A DNA stretch of 64,000 bases from Bugula neritina. Taxonomy: Eukaryota > Animalia > Bryozoa. Numbering within the stretch: the stretch's first letter is position 1; every line of letters starts with the position of its first letter. Position numbers and translations under genes: made by a program. Location of the stretch: contig OZ037769.1 in the NCBI GenBank assembly GCA_964035545.1, positions 9,322,129 to 9,386,128 on the forward strand, read 5' to 3'. This document shows, one piece after another, positions 62,134 through 64,000 of this stretch. Below the pieces are notes generated by a model. That model did no database searches, had not been told where the DNA came from, and was given only the letters and a program-made list of their open reading frames with translations.

Positions 62134-64000
62134 TGTGTACTGGGCTGTAGTAATATACTTGCTGTGTGGGCTGTAGTAATATACTTGCTGTGTGGGCTGT
62201 AGTAATATATTTGCTGTGTGGGCTGTAGTATTATACTTGCTGTGTGGGCTGTAGTAATATACTTGCTGTGTGTACTGGGCTGTAGTAATATACTTGCTGT
62301 GTGGGCTGTAGTAATATACTTGCTGTGTGGGCTGTAGTAATATACTTGCTGTGTGGGCTGTAGTATTATACTTGCTGTGTGGGCTGTAGTAGTATACTTG
62401 CTGTGTGGGCTGTAGTAATATACTTGCTGTGTGGGCTGTAGTATTATACTTGCTGTGTGGGTTGTAGTAATATACTTGCTGTGTGGGCTGTAGTAATATA
62501 CTTGCTGTGTGGGCTGTAGTAATATACTTGCTGTGTGTACTGGGCTGTAGTAATATACTTGCTGTGTGGGTTGTAGTAATATACTTGCTGTGTGGGTTGT
62601 AGTAATATACTTGCTGTGTGGGCTGTAGTAATATACTTGCTGTGTGGGCTGTAGTAATATACTTGCTGTGTGTACTGGGCTGTAGTAATATACTTGCTGT
62701 GTGGGCTGTAGTAATATACTTGCTGTGTGGGCTGTAGTAATATACTTGCTGTGTGGGCTGTAGTAATATACTTGCTGTGTGTACTGGGCTGTAGTATTAT
62801 ACTTGCTGTGTGGGTTGTAGTAATATACTTGCTGTGTGTACTGGGCTGTAGTAATATACTTGCTGTGTGGGCTGTAGTAATATACTTGCTGTGTGGGCTG
62901 TAGTAATATACTTGCTGTGTGGGCTGTAGTAATATACTTGCTGTGTGGGCTGTAGTAATATACTTGATATGTGTACTGGGCTGTAATATTATGCTTGCTG
63001 TGTGGGCTGTAGTATTATACTTGCTGTGTGGGCTGTAGTAATATACTTGCTGTGTGGGTTGTAGTAATATACTTGCTGTGTGGGCTGTAGTAGTATACTT
63101 GCTGTGTGGGCTGTAGTAATATACTTGCTGTGTGGGCTGTAGTATTATACTTGCTGTGTGGGTTGTAGTAATATACTTGCTGTGTGTACTGGGCTGTAGT
63201 AATATACTTGCTGTGTGGGCTGTAGTATTATACTTGCTGTGTGGGCTGTAGTAATATACTTGCTGTGTGGGCTGTAGTAATATACTTGCTGTGTGTACTG
63301 GGCTGTAGTAATATACTTGCTGTGTGTACTGGGCTGTAGTAATATTCTTGCTGTGTGTACTGGGCTGTAGTAATATACTTGCTGTGTGGGCTGTAGTAAT
63401 ATACTTGCTGTGTGGGCTGTAGTAATATACTTGCTGTGTGGGCTGTAGTAATATACTTGCTGTGTGGGCTGTAGTATTATACTTGCTGTGTGTACTGGGC
63501 TGTAGTAATATACTTGCTGTGTGGGCTGTAGTAATATACTTGCTGTGTGGGCTGTAGTATTATACTTGCTGTGTGGGCTGTAGTATTATACTTGATATGT
63601 GTACTGGGCTGTAGTATTATACTTGCTGTGTGTACTGGGCTGTAGTAATATACTTGCTGTGTGGGCTGTAGTAATATACTTGCTGTGTGTACTGGGCTGT
63701 AGTAATATACTTGCTGTGTGGGCTGTAGTAATATACTTGCTGTGTGGGCTGTAGTATTATACTTGCTGTGTGGGCTGTAGTAATATACATGCTGTGTGGG
63801 CTGTAGTAATATACTTGCTGTGTGTACTGGGCTGTAGTAATATACTTGCTGTGTGTACTGGGCTGTAGTAATATTCTTGCTGTGTGTACTGGGCTGTAGT
63901 AATATACTTGCTGTGTGGGCTGTAGTAATATACTTGCTGTGTGGGCTGTAGTAATATACTTGCTGTGTGGGCTGTAGTAATATACTTGCTGTGTGGGCTG
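62134..64000. repeat. Large 26-bp minisatellite (GGGCTGTAGTAATATACTTGCTGTGT; 31-bp variant with a GTACT insert), about 70 copies, continues past the window
   Basis: Highly homogeneous tandem array in an ALS2 intron. Confidence 0.98.

Noticed and set aside
62134-64000. CRISPR-like array of 26-bp repeats
   Set aside because: No unique spacers and no cas genes; eukaryotic intron.

Overview
AT-rich, gene-dense, intron-rich eukaryotic (invertebrate animal) DNA; a lophotrochozoan such as a bryozoan is my guess, not demonstrated. Six spliced genes can be traced exon by exon with GT-AG junctions: CEP72 (+, 5' end before the window), CCT3 (-), a divergent Bcl-2 family gene (+), HCFC1/HCF (-), KIF9 (-) and ALS2/alsin (+, runs off the end). 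Non-coding features include three copies of a tRNA(Ala)-derived SINE (two with clear target-site duplications), several fold-back/MITE-like elements, a decayed LINE 3' end and a possible solo LTR. The most distinctive pattern is that many introns carry their own private minisatellite. Several of these arrays abut or are built from the splice sites themselves: a 13x amplified acceptor, a 3x amplified donor and an acceptor embedded in a repeat unit. One sits next to an exon that begins with a regenerated 5' splice site. No prokaryotic systems (CRISPR, operons) are present. Most short ORFs in the track are exon fragments, antisense shadows or repeat translations.
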